Shown: positions 28,360 to 37,866 of the stretch, in pieces | How positions within the stretch are numbered: the first letter of the stretch is position 1 | Layout of the letters: each line of letters opens with the position of its first letter | Assembly (NCBI GenBank): GCA_963555985.3 | Contig: OY820591.1 | Location: 3,040,001-3,104,000, forward strand | Length of the DNA stretch: 64,000 bases | Origin: Dehalococcoidia bacterium | GTDB lineage: Bacteria; Chloroflexota; Dehalococcoidia; Bin125 | Reading direction: 5' to 3' | Position numbers and translations under genes: made by a program | The notes under the pieces: model-generated | Databases searched by the model: none | What the model saw: only the letters and a program-made list of their open reading frames with translations | Told to the model about the DNA's origin: nothing

Positions 28360-28659
28360 CTAGCCAAACCCCAAAATGATTCCCACCGCCAGCGCCGTCC
28401 CCGCCAGCAGAATCCCTACCGCCTGCATGATCAGCTTCACGATCCGCGCCTCACGCTCCGCTGCCCGCGCGTCCGCCTCCGCGATCGCCCGCAGCACTCG
28501 CCCGATCTCTAGGCTCAGTCGATCCTGCGTCGCGTACTCCGAGAGCGCTTCACTCATCTGCTCCTCCAGCTCCTGAACAAACTCCGTCGCCGGCTCCGCC
28601 TCCGCAATCTGCCCACCCACCAGGATGTCTCGCAACCGCGCCGTATTGAAGATCGCCAT
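28360..28659 (-). CDS. Small coiled-coil protein with C-terminal TM helix (DUF1640/CCDC90-like)
   Basis: MAIFNTARL...ATQDRL...IMQAVGILLAGTALAVGIILG. Confidence 0.6.
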   Translation of the reverse strand: MAIFNTARLRDILVGGQIAEAEPATEFVQELEEQMSEALSEYATQDRLSLEIGRVLRAIAEADARAAEREARIVKLIMQAVGILLAGTALAVGIILGFG

Positions 28660-28860
28660 TACAACCCCCTCAGCACCAGCATACCGACCGAACAGCTCAC
28701 CAGGACACATCCCCAACTTGATCACCGAACATCAGTGCTTGTAAGATCGACGATCCATTCCCGCGCCAAACCCGCCGTAAAGCTCCCATGCCCGCCATCC
28801 AAACGCCCCAACACAGACCAACACATCCTCAAACAACCCCCCTCCAAACCCAAACACCAG

Positions 28861-29015
28861 CGAACGCCACCGAACGGAATCGAACGGAATCGAACACCAC
28901 CGAACACCTAAACCTGAACAAACCTGAACGCCCCGATCGCCAATACCCCAGAAAACACAGGAGATCCGTGATTTCGAGCGCCCGAAAAAATTCTCCGCTG
29001 AACACCTGAACACCG
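28861..29015 (+). repeat. 10-bp-periodic direct repeats (CGAACnnnnn x5, AACCTGAAC x2) plus AAAAAATTCT tract
   Basis: cgaacgccac cgaacggaat cgaacggaat cgaacaccac cgaacaccta aacctgaaca aacctgaacg. Confidence 0.8.
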
Positions 29016-29047
29016 CTACTCTCAGCCATACCCCGAAGGAGCCGACC

Positions 29048-30358
29048 ATGACCACCCAAATCGACTGGCAGCCCGTCTTTGACCAGGCCCTTGACTACTT
29101 CGTCAACTACCTCCAGATCAACACCACCAACCCTCCGGGCAACGAGAAACCCGCCGCCCGCTGGCTCGGCGCCATCCTCGCCGACGAAGGCATGGAGGTC
29201 GAGTACGTCGAAATCCAGCCCGAGCGCGAAGCCGTCTTCGCCTGGCTGCGCGGCGACGGCTCCAAGCGCCCGATGATGCTCTGCAACCACACCGATGTCG
29301 TCCCCGTCGAGGAGGCCTACTGGACCAAGCCCGCCTTCGAGGGCCACATCGAAGACGGCAAGGTCTACGGGCGCGGCGCGGTCGACATGAAGGGCTGCGG
29401 CATCATGCACCTGATGACCATGCTGCTGCTCAAGCGCCACAACGTCCCCCTCAAGCGCGACCTCGTCTTCTGCGGCGTCCCCGACGAGGAGGCCGGCTCA
29501 GTCTGGGGCATGGACTGGCTCTGCAAAAACCGCCCCGACCTCGTCGATGTCGAGTTCGAACTCTCCGAGGGCGGCTCCGGCTCGACCCAGCTGATGGGCG
29601 AAGAGGCCAACATCTTCTCCGTCGCCACCAACGAAAAAGACATCTGCTGGCTCCAACTCACCTCGATCGGCACCCCGGGCCACGGCTCCCGCCCCCACTA
29701 CGACAACTCCGCCGTCCACCTCGTCAACGCGCTCTCCAAGCTGGCCGCCTGGGAGCGACCCGTCACGATCACGCCCTCGACCCAAGTCTGGCTCGATCGC
29801 CTGATCGAGGAAGGCCATCTGCCCGCCCTCGAGGACGAAGACGAACTGGCCGCCCTGATCACCGAGCATCCCGGTACCCACGCCATGTTCATCAACACGC
29901 TCAACGTGACCATGGTCAACAGTGGGATCAAGGCCAACGTGATCCCGGCCAAGTCCGAGGCCGTGATCGATTGCCGCCTGCTCCCCGGTCAGGACCGCGA
30001 GGACTGGCGGCAACAGGTCATCAGCGTGATCGACGACGACCGCATCGAGGTCGAATTCTCCGGCTGGGACCAGGACCAGCCGGTCGAAGTCGATTGGGAC
30101 ACCGAACTCTACCGAACCATCGAAACCGTCGTCACCGATGCAGTCGAAGACGCCACCGTCGTCCCCAGCACCTGCGTCGGAGGCACCGACAACCGCTTCC
30201 TCCGCCAGCAGGGCATCCCCGCCTACGGCTTCATCCCCGTCCTCCTCACCCCCGAAGAAGCCGCCGGCTTCCACGGCAACGACGAGCACATGTCCATCGA
30301 AAACCTCAACATGGGAGTCGAGCTCACCTACGAAATCGTCCGCCGCATGGTGACGTAG
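29048..30358 (+). CDS. M20/M25/M40 family metallo-hydrolase
   Basis: NHTDVVP, GRGAVDMKG, DEEAG, GGTD, HGNDE. Confidence 0.92.
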   Translation: MTTQIDWQPVFDQALDYFVNYLQINTTNPPGNEKPAARWLGAILADEGMEVEYVEIQPEREAVFAWLRGDGSKRPMMLCNHTDVVPVEEAYWTKPAFEGHIEDGKVYGRGAVDMKGCGIMHLMTMLLLKRHNVPLKRDLVFCGVPDEEAGSVWGMDWLCKNRPDLVDVEFELSEGGSGSTQLMGEEANIFSVATNEKDICWLQLTSIGTPGHGSRPHYDNSAVHLVNALSKLAAWERPVTITPSTQVWLDRLIEEGHLPALEDEDELAALITEHPGTHAMFINTLNVTMVNSGIKANVIPAKSEAVIDCRLLPGQDREDWRQQVISVIDDDRIEVEFSGWDQDQPVEVDWDTELYRTIETVVTDAVEDATVVPSTCVGGTDNRFLRQQGIPAYGFIPVLLTPEEAAGFHGNDEHMSIENLNMGVELTYEIVRRMVT

Positions 30359-30389
30359 CCGGCAGCGTTGCTCAGCGGAGGAGGCATCA

Positions 30390-30749
30390 ATGGGCGCGAT
30401 TCTTGCACAAGTGACGATCAGCAATCCATCCGATCGCGAACGGCGGTGGGAGGGCGAGTTCCTGATCGACAGCGGCGCCATCGACACGGTGGTGCCGGGC
30501 GTGCATCTGCGGGAGATCGGAATCTTGGTGGCCGAGACACGGCGCTACACGATGGCCGACGGCCGCGTGAGTGAGCTTGACGTCGGCGTCGCACAGGTTG
30601 AATTCATGGACGGTCACGCCGGCGTGACGGTCGTCTTCGCCGACGACGGTGTGCGACCCCTGCTGGGCGCGACGGCGATGGAGTCGCTCGGCATCGAGAT
30701 TGACATGCGCACCGAGGAGCTGCGGCGGCTGCCTGCGGTGCAGCTTTGA
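30390..30749 (+). CDS. Clan AA (retropepsin-like) aspartic protease
   Basis: LIDSGA catalytic motif; PLLGATAMESLG. Confidence 0.85.
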   Translation: MGAILAQVTISNPSDRERRWEGEFLIDSGAIDTVVPGVHLREIGILVAETRRYTMADGRVSELDVGVAQVEFMDGHAGVTVVFADDGVRPLLGATAMESLGIEIDMRTEELRRLPAVQL

Positions 30750-30754
30750 CGGAG

Positions 30755-31426
30755 CTACTGCATCTTCGAGTACGGCAGCGGATTCAGAAAGTAAATCTCC
30801 TCCTCCGGAGCGTGTTCCCGCAACGGACCAATCACGTCCGCCAATGCATCCCCCGGCTGGTACTGCATCATGAAGTCCGGACCGTTCGGCATAATCCAGA
30901 GGTCGGTCAGTTCACCCGTCCGACCAATCCGCGACGCGTACGCGGTCGCCAATTGCATCGCGCCTGCGCCCTCCAGCGTGTCGACGAGCGTGCCGATCGT
31001 GTCAATCGCCGGCAACAGTCCCCCGGTGCTCGTCTGCAACACCGCCAGCATGTACTGGCGCGGAGAGTCCGGCTCAGCGTTCAGCGCCGCCTCCAGCCGC
31101 GCTTCCGTCCCGTACGAGACGCTGTTGGTGAACTTCGTGATCTCCTCGATCTCAAGCTGCCCGCGCAGCTTGTCGACCGCCGACCACAGCGCCGTGTCCT
31201 GCCCCAGCGACGCCAGGCACTCTTCGGCGTGGGCCATGCTCTCGTAGCGGTGAATCGACAAATCCCAACCCATCTCCCCGCCGGTGACCTTCCAGCCCCC
31301 GATCAGGTCGATCCCGTGCCGCTCCATCGCCGGCACGACCGTGTCGGCGTAGAAATCGACGAACAGGTCGAAGGCGGTGTTGGTGATCGGCTTGATCCGG
31401 TGTCGGACTTCGAGGAATACGCTCAT
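30755..31426 (-). CDS. NIPSNAP-like protein (two alpha/beta-barrel repeats)
   Basis: VPAMERHGIDLIGGW..TGG; IGRTGELTDLW; ends LNPLPYSKMQ. Confidence 0.7.
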   Translation of the reverse strand: MSVFLEVRHRIKPITNTAFDLFVDFYADTVVPAMERHGIDLIGGWKVTGGEMGWDLSIHRYESMAHAEECLASLGQDTALWSAVDKLRGQLEIEEITKFTNSVSYGTEARLEAALNAEPDSPRQYMLAVLQTSTGGLLPAIDTIGTLVDTLEGAGAMQLATAYASRIGRTGELTDLWIMPNGPDFMMQYQPGDALADVIGPLREHAPEEEIYFLNPLPYSKMQ

Positions 31427-31477
31427 GCTGAAACTCCAGTCGTGCTGCTTCCGTTCGCGCGCAGGCTAGACGGTTTC

Positions 31478-32380
31478 TCAGATCGACGGTGCCAGCGCCG
31501 CCAGGAAGTCATACGTCCGCTGCCGCGCGGCAGCGTTGGGGCCGTCTACCGCCGCATAGAAGTCGGTCACGCCGAGGTCGCGCCAACGGATCAGCTCGCG
31601 CTCGACCTCCTCCTCCGAGCCGACGATCGCCACCCCGCCCGGATCCTCCGCCCCCGAACCCTGGATCACCCGCTGATACGACGGCAGCGTGTTGTACATC
31701 GCAAACACCCGCGCCACCCGCTCCCGCGCCCGATCCGGATCGGTGGTCAGTGCGACCGGAACCCCCGCGATCACACGTGGATCAGGGCGTCCTGCTTCCG
31801 CCGCTGCCTGGCCCATCTCCGGGATCACCACCTCCTCGATCCACTTCGGCCCGCACAGCCACAGCGCCGTCCCGTCCGCCAGACGCCCCGTCACCCGCAG
31901 CATCTGCGGCCCCAGCGCCGCCACAATGATCGACGGCGCTTCACAGTCCGGCAACTCCAACTGCGAATGCACCTGAAACGCCTCGCCCTCGTGATCGACC
32001 TGCTCGCCCTGCATCAGCGGACCCAGGATCTCCAGGTATTCCCGCATATGGCGGACGACGTTGCCGAAGTCCAACCCCCACGAGTCTTGGATCACGATCT
32101 GATGCGACAGCCCCAAGCCAAGCGTGAAGCGTCCCCCGGCAGCCGCGTTGACCGCCAGCGCCTGCTGCGCCATCGCCACCGGATGCCGTGTGTAGGTTGG
32201 GATCACATAGGTGCCCAACTCGATCTCGGTCGTCTCGCCCGCTGCAAGCGCCAGCACAGTCATCGCGTCATGCCCCATCGAAGGCAGAAACGCGCCTGCA
32301 AATCCATCCGCTTCCAGCTGCTGCACCGACCCAAGCTTGTCGGCCAGAGTCTGGCCCGACGGCGGAGCAATGATCCGCAT
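31478..32380 (-). CDS. LLM-class F420-dependent oxidoreductase
   Basis: IELGT.VIPTYTRHPVAMAQQA, GRFTLGLGLSH, AALGPQML; RBS aaggag. Confidence 0.9.
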   Translation of the reverse strand: MRIIAPPSGQTLADKLGSVQQLEADGFAGAFLPSMGHDAMTVLALAAGETTEIELGTYVIPTYTRHPVAMAQQALAVNAAAGGRFTLGLGLSHQIVIQDSWGLDFGNVVRHMREYLEILGPLMQGEQVDHEGEAFQVHSQLELPDCEAPSIIVAALGPQMLRVTGRLADGTALWLCGPKWIEEVVIPEMGQAAAEAGRPDPRVIAGVPVALTTDPDRARERVARVFAMYNTLPSYQRVIQGSGAEDPGGVAIVGSEEEVERELIRWRDLGVTDFYAAVDGPNAAARQRTYDFLAALAPSI

Positions 32381-32491
32381 GGTCAACTCCTTTACGAGCT
32401 CTCAATTCGTCCGTTGCCAATCGCAGTATCGCGCACTCAACTCGTTACCCTGCCCGCGACGCGAATCACCCAACCCGAAAGGAACCCCCAA

Positions 32492-33391
32492 ATGGCATCG
32501 GCTGAATTGCAGAAGGTCCTGGCGCTGATGGCGGAACGCCCCCTCGGCGCAGGCAACCCCACACTCGAGGAAATGCGAGCCGGAATGGAGGCGGGCGCCT
32601 TCCCCGCCACCGAAGCCGCGACCGTCACCCCCGTTGACGCCAACGGCGTCCCCGGCGAATGGGTCACCGTGCCCGAATCCGACCCCAACCGGCGCTTGCT
32701 CTACGTCCACGGCGGCGGCTACGTGATCGGTTCGGCCCTCACCCATCGCCGGCTCTGCGAGGACATCGCCCGCGCCGGCGGCTGCGCCGTGCTCAACCTC
32801 GACTACCGGCTCGCACCCGAGCACCCCTTCCCCGCCGCCGTCGAGGACGCGATTGAGGGTCTGAAGTTCATCCAAGCCAATGGTCCGGACGGTGCAGGCG
32901 CGGCCGACGCCACCTTCGTCGCCGGTGACTCGGCCGGCGGCGGACTGACGATCGCCACACTGCTCACGGCGCGAGCTCAGGGCGTCGACCAGCCCAACGC
33001 CGCGGTCGGCATCTCCGCCTGGACCGACCTCGCCATCACCGGCGAGACCATCCAGACCCGCGCCAGTGTGGATCCGCTGATCAGCGACCCGTCAATGGTC
33101 AGCGGCATGGCCCAGACCTACCTGGGCGACGCCGACGCCGATGACCCGCTCGCCTCGCCGCTCTACGCCGACTACGCTGGTCTGCCCCCGCTGCTGCTTC
33201 AGGTCGGCGACCACGAAGTCTTGCTCTCCGACACCACCCGCGTGACCGAGAAGGCTCGCGCCGCCGGCGTCGACGTCACCGAAGAAGTCTGGGACGAGAT
33301 GTTCCACGTCTGGCACCAATTCGCCCCCATGCTCCCCGAAGGCCAGCAGGCCATCGAGCGCATCGGCGAGTTCATCAACCAACACGCCTGA
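32492..33391 (+). CDS. HSL-family alpha/beta hydrolase (esterase), paralog 1
   Basis: HGGGY, DYRLAPEHPFPA, GDSAGG, MFHVW; start at 32492 after aaagga. Confidence 0.93.
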   Translation: MASAELQKVLALMAERPLGAGNPTLEEMRAGMEAGAFPATEAATVTPVDANGVPGEWVTVPESDPNRRLLYVHGGGYVIGSALTHRRLCEDIARAGGCAVLNLDYRLAPEHPFPAAVEDAIEGLKFIQANGPDGAGAADATFVAGDSAGGGLTIATLLTARAQGVDQPNAAVGISAWTDLAITGETIQTRASVDPLISDPSMVSGMAQTYLGDADADDPLASPLYADYAGLPPLLLQVGDHEVLLSDTTRVTEKARAAGVDVTEEVWDEMFHVWHQFAPMLPEGQQAIERIGEFINQHA

Positions 33392-33430
33392 CGTCCCAAT
33401 CTGACGACGCGGCGCGAATGGAGTCGGAAG

Positions 33431-34330
33431 ATGGCATCGGCGGAGCTTGAGCAGGTACTGGAGCTGATCGCGAACCGGCCGGCCATCGAGGGCAATCCCA
33501 CGCTCGAGCAGATGCGGGCGAATATGGAAGCGCATGCCTTCCCCGCGACTGACGCTGCCACCGTGACGCCGGTTGAGGCGAACGGCGTGCCGGGCGAGTG
33601 GGTGACAGTGGCCGAATCAGACCCGAACCGGCGCGTGCTCTACTTCCACGGCGGCGGGTATGTGTTCGGCTCACCGATCACGCATCGGCGGCTCTGTGAA
33701 GACATCGCTCGGGCAGGCGGGTGCGCAGTCCTCAATCTCAACTACCGGCTCGCCCCCGAGCATCCCTTTCCGGCCGCCGTCGACGACGCCATTGAGGGAC
33801 TCAAGTTCATCAGGGCGAACGGGCCGGAAGGCGAGGGCGCGCCCGAATCGACGTTCGTCGCCGGGGACTCGGCCGGCGGCGGACTAACGCTCGCCACTCT
33901 GCTGGCAGCGCGCGACCAGGGTGTCGATCAGCCCAATGCTGCCATCGCGATCTCCGCCTGGACCGACCTGGCGATCACGGGCGAATCGGTTATCTCGCTC
34001 GCCGACGGCGATCCGCAAAAGAGCAGCGTGCCGATGCTTGAGAACCTAGCCGTTCAATATCTCGGTGGCGCCGACGCCGACAACCCGCTCGCCTCCCCGC
34101 TCTACGCGGACTACGCCGCTCTGCCGCCGCTGCTGCTCCAGGTCGGCGGCGCCGAGATGTTGCTCTCCGACACGACCAGAGCCGCAGAACGCGCCCGGCT
34201 GGCCGGCGTCGACGTAGTGGAAGAAGTCTGGGACGAGATGTTCCACGTCTGGCACCTCTACGCACCGATCTTGCCCGAAGGTCGGGAGGCCATCAACCGC
34301 ATCGGCGAGTTCATCAACCAGCACGCCTAG
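33431..34330 (+). CDS. HSL-family esterase, paralog 2
   Basis: HGGGY, GDSAGG, MFHVW. Confidence 0.93.
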   Translation: MASAELEQVLELIANRPAIEGNPTLEQMRANMEAHAFPATDAATVTPVEANGVPGEWVTVAESDPNRRVLYFHGGGYVFGSPITHRRLCEDIARAGGCAVLNLNYRLAPEHPFPAAVDDAIEGLKFIRANGPEGEGAPESTFVAGDSAGGGLTLATLLAARDQGVDQPNAAIAISAWTDLAITGESVISLADGDPQKSSVPMLENLAVQYLGGADADNPLASPLYADYAALPPLLLQVGGAEMLLSDTTRAAERARLAGVDVVEEVWDEMFHVWHLYAPILPEGREAINRIGEFINQHA

Positions 34331-34363
34331 ACAAACCACCACCCAGCGAAACGGAGCCAAACC

Positions 34364-35284
34364 ATGCCCTCAGTCGAGTACCAACAAGTCGTCGAAGCAA
34401 TGCGAGCCAACGCCGACAGCATGATCAGCGAGGGGCTGACGCTCGAAGAGCAACGTGTGGCGATGGAAGAGGGATTTGTCTTCCCGCTCCCGGACGATCT
34501 CACCCTCACATCCGTGGACGCCAACGGCGTCCCCGGCGAGTGGACCGTACTGCCCGATTCCGATCCCAACCGTCGCCTGCTCTACGTCCACGGCGGCGGC
34601 TACGTGCTCGGCTCGATCAAGACCCACCGCCGCCTCGTCTCCGACATCTGCCGCGCCGCCGGCTGCGTCGCGCTCAGCCTCGACTACCGGCTCGCGCCGG
34701 AGCATCCTTTCCCCGCCGCTGTGGACGACGCGATCGCAGGCCTGGAATACATCTGGGCGAACGGTCCTGATGGCCCCAGCGAGGCCGAGACCGTCTTCGT
34801 CGGCGGCGACTCCGCCGGTGGCGGCCTCACGCTCGCCACCTTGGTCGCCGCCCGCGAGCGCGGCGTGCGAATGCCCACCGGCGGAATTGGGCTGTCCGCC
34901 TGGGCCGATCTGGCTGCCGGCCCGGAGGAACTGTCGGCGTTCGGACTCGATGATCCGACCATCCCCGACAACACCGTCGCGATCACCGCCTCGCAGGAGT
35001 GGGCGGCCATGTACGCCGGCGACGCCGATCGCACCGATCCACTAATCTCGCCGATCTTCGCCGACTACACCGGCATCCCGCCGATGCTGCTCCAGGCCGG
35101 AGCCGTCGAGATGATCTGTCGCGACACCGAGCGAGTCGCCGCCCGCGCCCGCGAAGCCGGCGTGGAGGTGACCGAAGAGGCCTGGGACGACATGTTCCAC
35201 GTCTGGCAAGCCTTCGCCCCCATGCTCCCTGAAGGCCAGCAGGCCATTGACCGGATCGGCGAATGGATCCGGGCGCACGCATAG
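34364..35284 (+). CDS. HSL-family esterase, paralog 3
   Basis: HGGGY, GDSAGG, MFHVW. Confidence 0.93.
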   Translation: MPSVEYQQVVEAMRANADSMISEGLTLEEQRVAMEEGFVFPLPDDLTLTSVDANGVPGEWTVLPDSDPNRRLLYVHGGGYVLGSIKTHRRLVSDICRAAGCVALSLDYRLAPEHPFPAAVDDAIAGLEYIWANGPDGPSEAETVFVGGDSAGGGLTLATLVAARERGVRMPTGGIGLSAWADLAAGPEELSAFGLDDPTIPDNTVAITASQEWAAMYAGDADRTDPLISPIFADYTGIPPMLLQAGAVEMICRDTERVAARAREAGVEVTEEAWDDMFHVWQAFAPMLPEGQQAIDRIGEWIRAHA

Positions 35285-35450
35285 AGAGATTTGCCGTAAA
35301 TCAAAGTTCCGTCATACCCGCGCTTGTCGCGGAGCCTGTCCCCGCGAAGGCGGGGATCACTCGCCGTTATCTGCACCGTCGTCGCCAGCACTGCGAGATT
35401 GCCGCGGCGGAGCTCGGCAATGACGAAAAAACGACCTACGCGAAGCTCTC
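35284..35450. mobile_element. MITE-like element carrying a family B REP and a nested small palindrome
   Basis: Imperfect terminal inverted repeats gagagatttgccgta / tacgcgaagctctc; family B REP at 35309-35425; nested agcctgtccccgcgaaggcgggga at 35333-35356. Confidence 0.6.
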
Positions 35451-35463
35451 CAGGAGCAACACG

Positions 35464-36366
35464 ATGCCATCACCCGAACTCGAACAAGTCCTCACCCTCA
35501 TCGCCGAACGCGCCGCCTCAGTCCAGATCACCGAACTGACCGACATGCGTGCGCTCGCGGAGTCCTACGCTTTCCCGCCCACCGACGCCGCGACGATCAC
35601 CCCGGTCAACGCCGGAGGCGTACCCGGCGAATGGGTCACCATCGCCGAATCGGATCCGAAACGCCGGCTGCTCTACGTCCACGGCGGCGGTTACATCCTG
35701 GGCTCGCCCCTGATCTACCGACGCCTCTGCGAAGGCATCGCCAAGTCCGGCCGCTGCGCCGTGCTCAACCTCGACTACCGGCTCGCGCCTGAGCATCCCT
35801 TCCCGGCCGCAGTCGAGGACGCATTGAAGGGGTTGACCTTCATCCAAGTCAACGGACCCGGCGGTACGACCGCCGCTGATGCGGTCTTCGTCGCGGGAGA
35901 CTCCGCCGGCGGCGGACTCACGCTCGCCACTCTGCTCGCCGCCCGCGAGCGCGGACTCCCTACTCCCACCGGCGCAATCGCGATCTCCGCCTGGACCGAC
36001 CTCGCCCAAACCGGCGACTCCATCCACACCCGCGCCGACTCCGATCCGCTCCTGACCGACGCCGCCGTGCTCGACGGAGCCGCTATGGCCTATCTCGGCG
36101 AACAGTCGCCCGACCATCCCTGGGCCTCACCTCTACACGGAGACTTGGCCGGCTTACCGCCCCTGCTCCTACAAGTCGGCGACCGCGAGATCCTGCTCGA
36201 CGACACCCGCCGCTTCGCCGCCAAAGCCCGCGAAGCCGGAGTCGAAGTCACCGAAGAAGTCTGGCCCGACATGTTCCACGTCTGGCACGACTTCGCCCCC
36301 ATCCTCCCCGAAGCCCAAGAGGCGGTAGAACGGATCGGAGAGTGGATCACAGATCGCGCGAGATAA
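35464..36366 (+). CDS. HSL-family esterase, paralog 4
   Basis: ATG at 35464 after caggag; HGGGY, GDSAGG, MFHVW. Confidence 0.93.
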   Translation: MPSPELEQVLTLIAERAASVQITELTDMRALAESYAFPPTDAATITPVNAGGVPGEWVTIAESDPKRRLLYVHGGGYILGSPLIYRRLCEGIAKSGRCAVLNLDYRLAPEHPFPAAVEDALKGLTFIQVNGPGGTTAADAVFVAGDSAGGGLTLATLLAARERGLPTPTGAIAISAWTDLAQTGDSIHTRADSDPLLTDAAVLDGAAMAYLGEQSPDHPWASPLHGDLAGLPPLLLQVGDREILLDDTRRFAAKAREAGVEVTEEVWPDMFHVWHDFAPILPEAQEAVERIGEWITDRAR

Positions 36367-36456
36367 CAAATCTGTCGACTTGACCTCTTGTAGTATGCTT
36401 GTTCGCAGACTAGGCTCCATTGCAGAGGTTCGATCAGCCGGGGGCTTCGTCGCCGC

Positions 36457-37353
36457 ATGTCCAGGAGAGACATGATGTCAACCGAACAGCAGCCGTACGC
36501 CGATGGCGCGTTGTCGGAACGGGCGCACACTGCGAGTCTGGCCGAGACTGAACAGTCGGCATTGAATTGGCAGCGCACACTCAACGACAGCGGCGCAGCG
36601 CGGAAGCCCTTGGGCAAAATTCACCACGGCGACTGCATTGAGGTAATGCGCGACTTGCCGGCGGAGTCGATTCGCGTGGTCGTGACCTCACCGCCCTACA
36701 ACATCAAGAACAGCACCGGCAACGGCCTCAAGAACGGCAACGGCGGCAAGTGGCCAACAGCCGCACTCCAGCAGGGCTACCGCGACCACGACGACGCCAT
36801 GCCGCACGACGAGTACGTCGCCTGGCAACGCGAATGCCTCAGCGAGATGATGCGCCTGCTGCGTCCCGACGGCGCGATCTTCTACAACCACAAATGGCGC
36901 GTCCAAAACGGCCTACTCCAGGATCGCGCCGACATCGTCGACGGTTTCCCTGTCCGCCAGATCTTGATCTGGCAGCGCGCCGGCGGCATCAACTTCAACC
37001 CCGGCTACTTCCTCCCCAACTACGAGGTCATCTACCTCATCGCCAAGCCCGACTTCCGCCTCGCCCCCAAAGCCAACGCCGCCGGCTGCGTCTGGCGCAT
37101 CACCCAGGAGAGCGGCAACCCGCACCCCGCCCCCTTCCCGATCGAACTGGCCTCCCGCTGCATCGAGTCGGTGGGCGCAGGGCCGGTACTAGACCCGTTC
37201 ATAGGCTCGGGCACGACCGCGATCGCAGCTGAGAGAGCCGGTCTGGAGTGGGTCGGGGTTGAGCAGTCGTCCGAGTACGTGGCAATGGCCGAAGAACGCC
37301 TCGCACGTTGGCGGAACGGGCTGTGCTCAGAGCCCTCTCCGATGATGAATTGA
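36457..37353 (+). CDS. Orphan site-specific DNA methyltransferase (beta class, probably N4-cytosine)
   Basis: HGDCIEVM, VTSPPY, HPAPFP, VLDPFIGSGTT. Start may be 36472 or 36475. Confidence 0.9.
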   Translation: MSRRDMMSTEQQPYADGALSERAHTASLAETEQSALNWQRTLNDSGAARKPLGKIHHGDCIEVMRDLPAESIRVVVTSPPYNIKNSTGNGLKNGNGGKWPTAALQQGYRDHDDAMPHDEYVAWQRECLSEMMRLLRPDGAIFYNHKWRVQNGLLQDRADIVDGFPVRQILIWQRAGGINFNPGYFLPNYEVIYLIAKPDFRLAPKANAAGCVWRITQESGNPHPAPFPIELASRCIESVGAGPVLDPFIGSGTTAIAAERAGLEWVGVEQSSEYVAMAEERLARWRNGLCSEPSPMMN

Positions 37354-37382
37354 ATGCTCGCCTGCTAGAACGCTTGCTGCTC

Positions 37383-37590
37383 GTCCACGCCTGGTACGAT
37401 TTCGCGCCCATCCTGCCAGAAGAGACCTGCGCGTAATCTCAAATTCCGTCATTCCCGCGCAGGCGGGAATCCATCCGGCTATCTGCTCAGCAAGCACGAA
37501 AACTGATCGACTCCCGGCGATCAATGATGTACGCGCAGGTCTCCGGAAGCAGTGGAATGGATCGGTGAGTGGATTGGAGAACACTGCCGA
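37383..37590 (+). pseudogene. Remnant 3' end of an HSL esterase gene, interrupted by a MITE
   Basis: VHAWYDFAPILPE-[insert]-EAVEWIGEWIGEH matches the paralog 4 C-terminus FHVWHDFAPILPEAQEAVERIGEWI. Confidence 0.8.
37422..37543. mobile_element. 122-bp MITE with perfect 14-bp terminal inverted repeats
   Basis: gagacctgcgcgta ... tacgcgcaggtctc; contains ccgtcattcccgcgcaggcgggaatcca. Confidence 0.8.
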
Positions 37591-37611
37591 ATTGGAGCGC
37601 TTGACAAGCTT

Positions 37612-37780
37612 GGGCAAACCTTGCAAGATCGCAGGTGCGGGCCTTGCGCCTGCCAAACGCCCCCGTCGTCCGGTGCATCCGCTGCGCCCTACGGCGGGGC
37701 CTTCATTTCTTATCAAAGATTCTCAGTCCCTAAGCAACAGGAAATCTTTGCAACATCGTCGTTTCCGTCATTCCAGGCTT
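37612..37780. repeat. Degenerate GTAG-type REP pair and further MITE-end remnants
   Basis: gcaggtgcgggccttgcgcctgcc ... gctgcgccctac; gaaatctttgcaacatc resembles the MITE end at 45781. Confidence 0.45.
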
Positions 37781-37866
37781 AACCGCCTTGTATACCGTCG
37801 AGTCCGCGATCTGACGCGCTACATCTCCATCTGATCACATCCCCTTACGGCTAGCGGAGAAGATGC

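Noticed and set aside
28861-28930. Possible CRISPR array
   Set aside because: Units are 10 bp with no unique spacers, and no cas genes are present.
30746-33391. 881-aa ORF suggesting a large esterase fusion
   Set aside because: The first ~580 codons are antisense to two real genes; the true start with RBS is at 32492.
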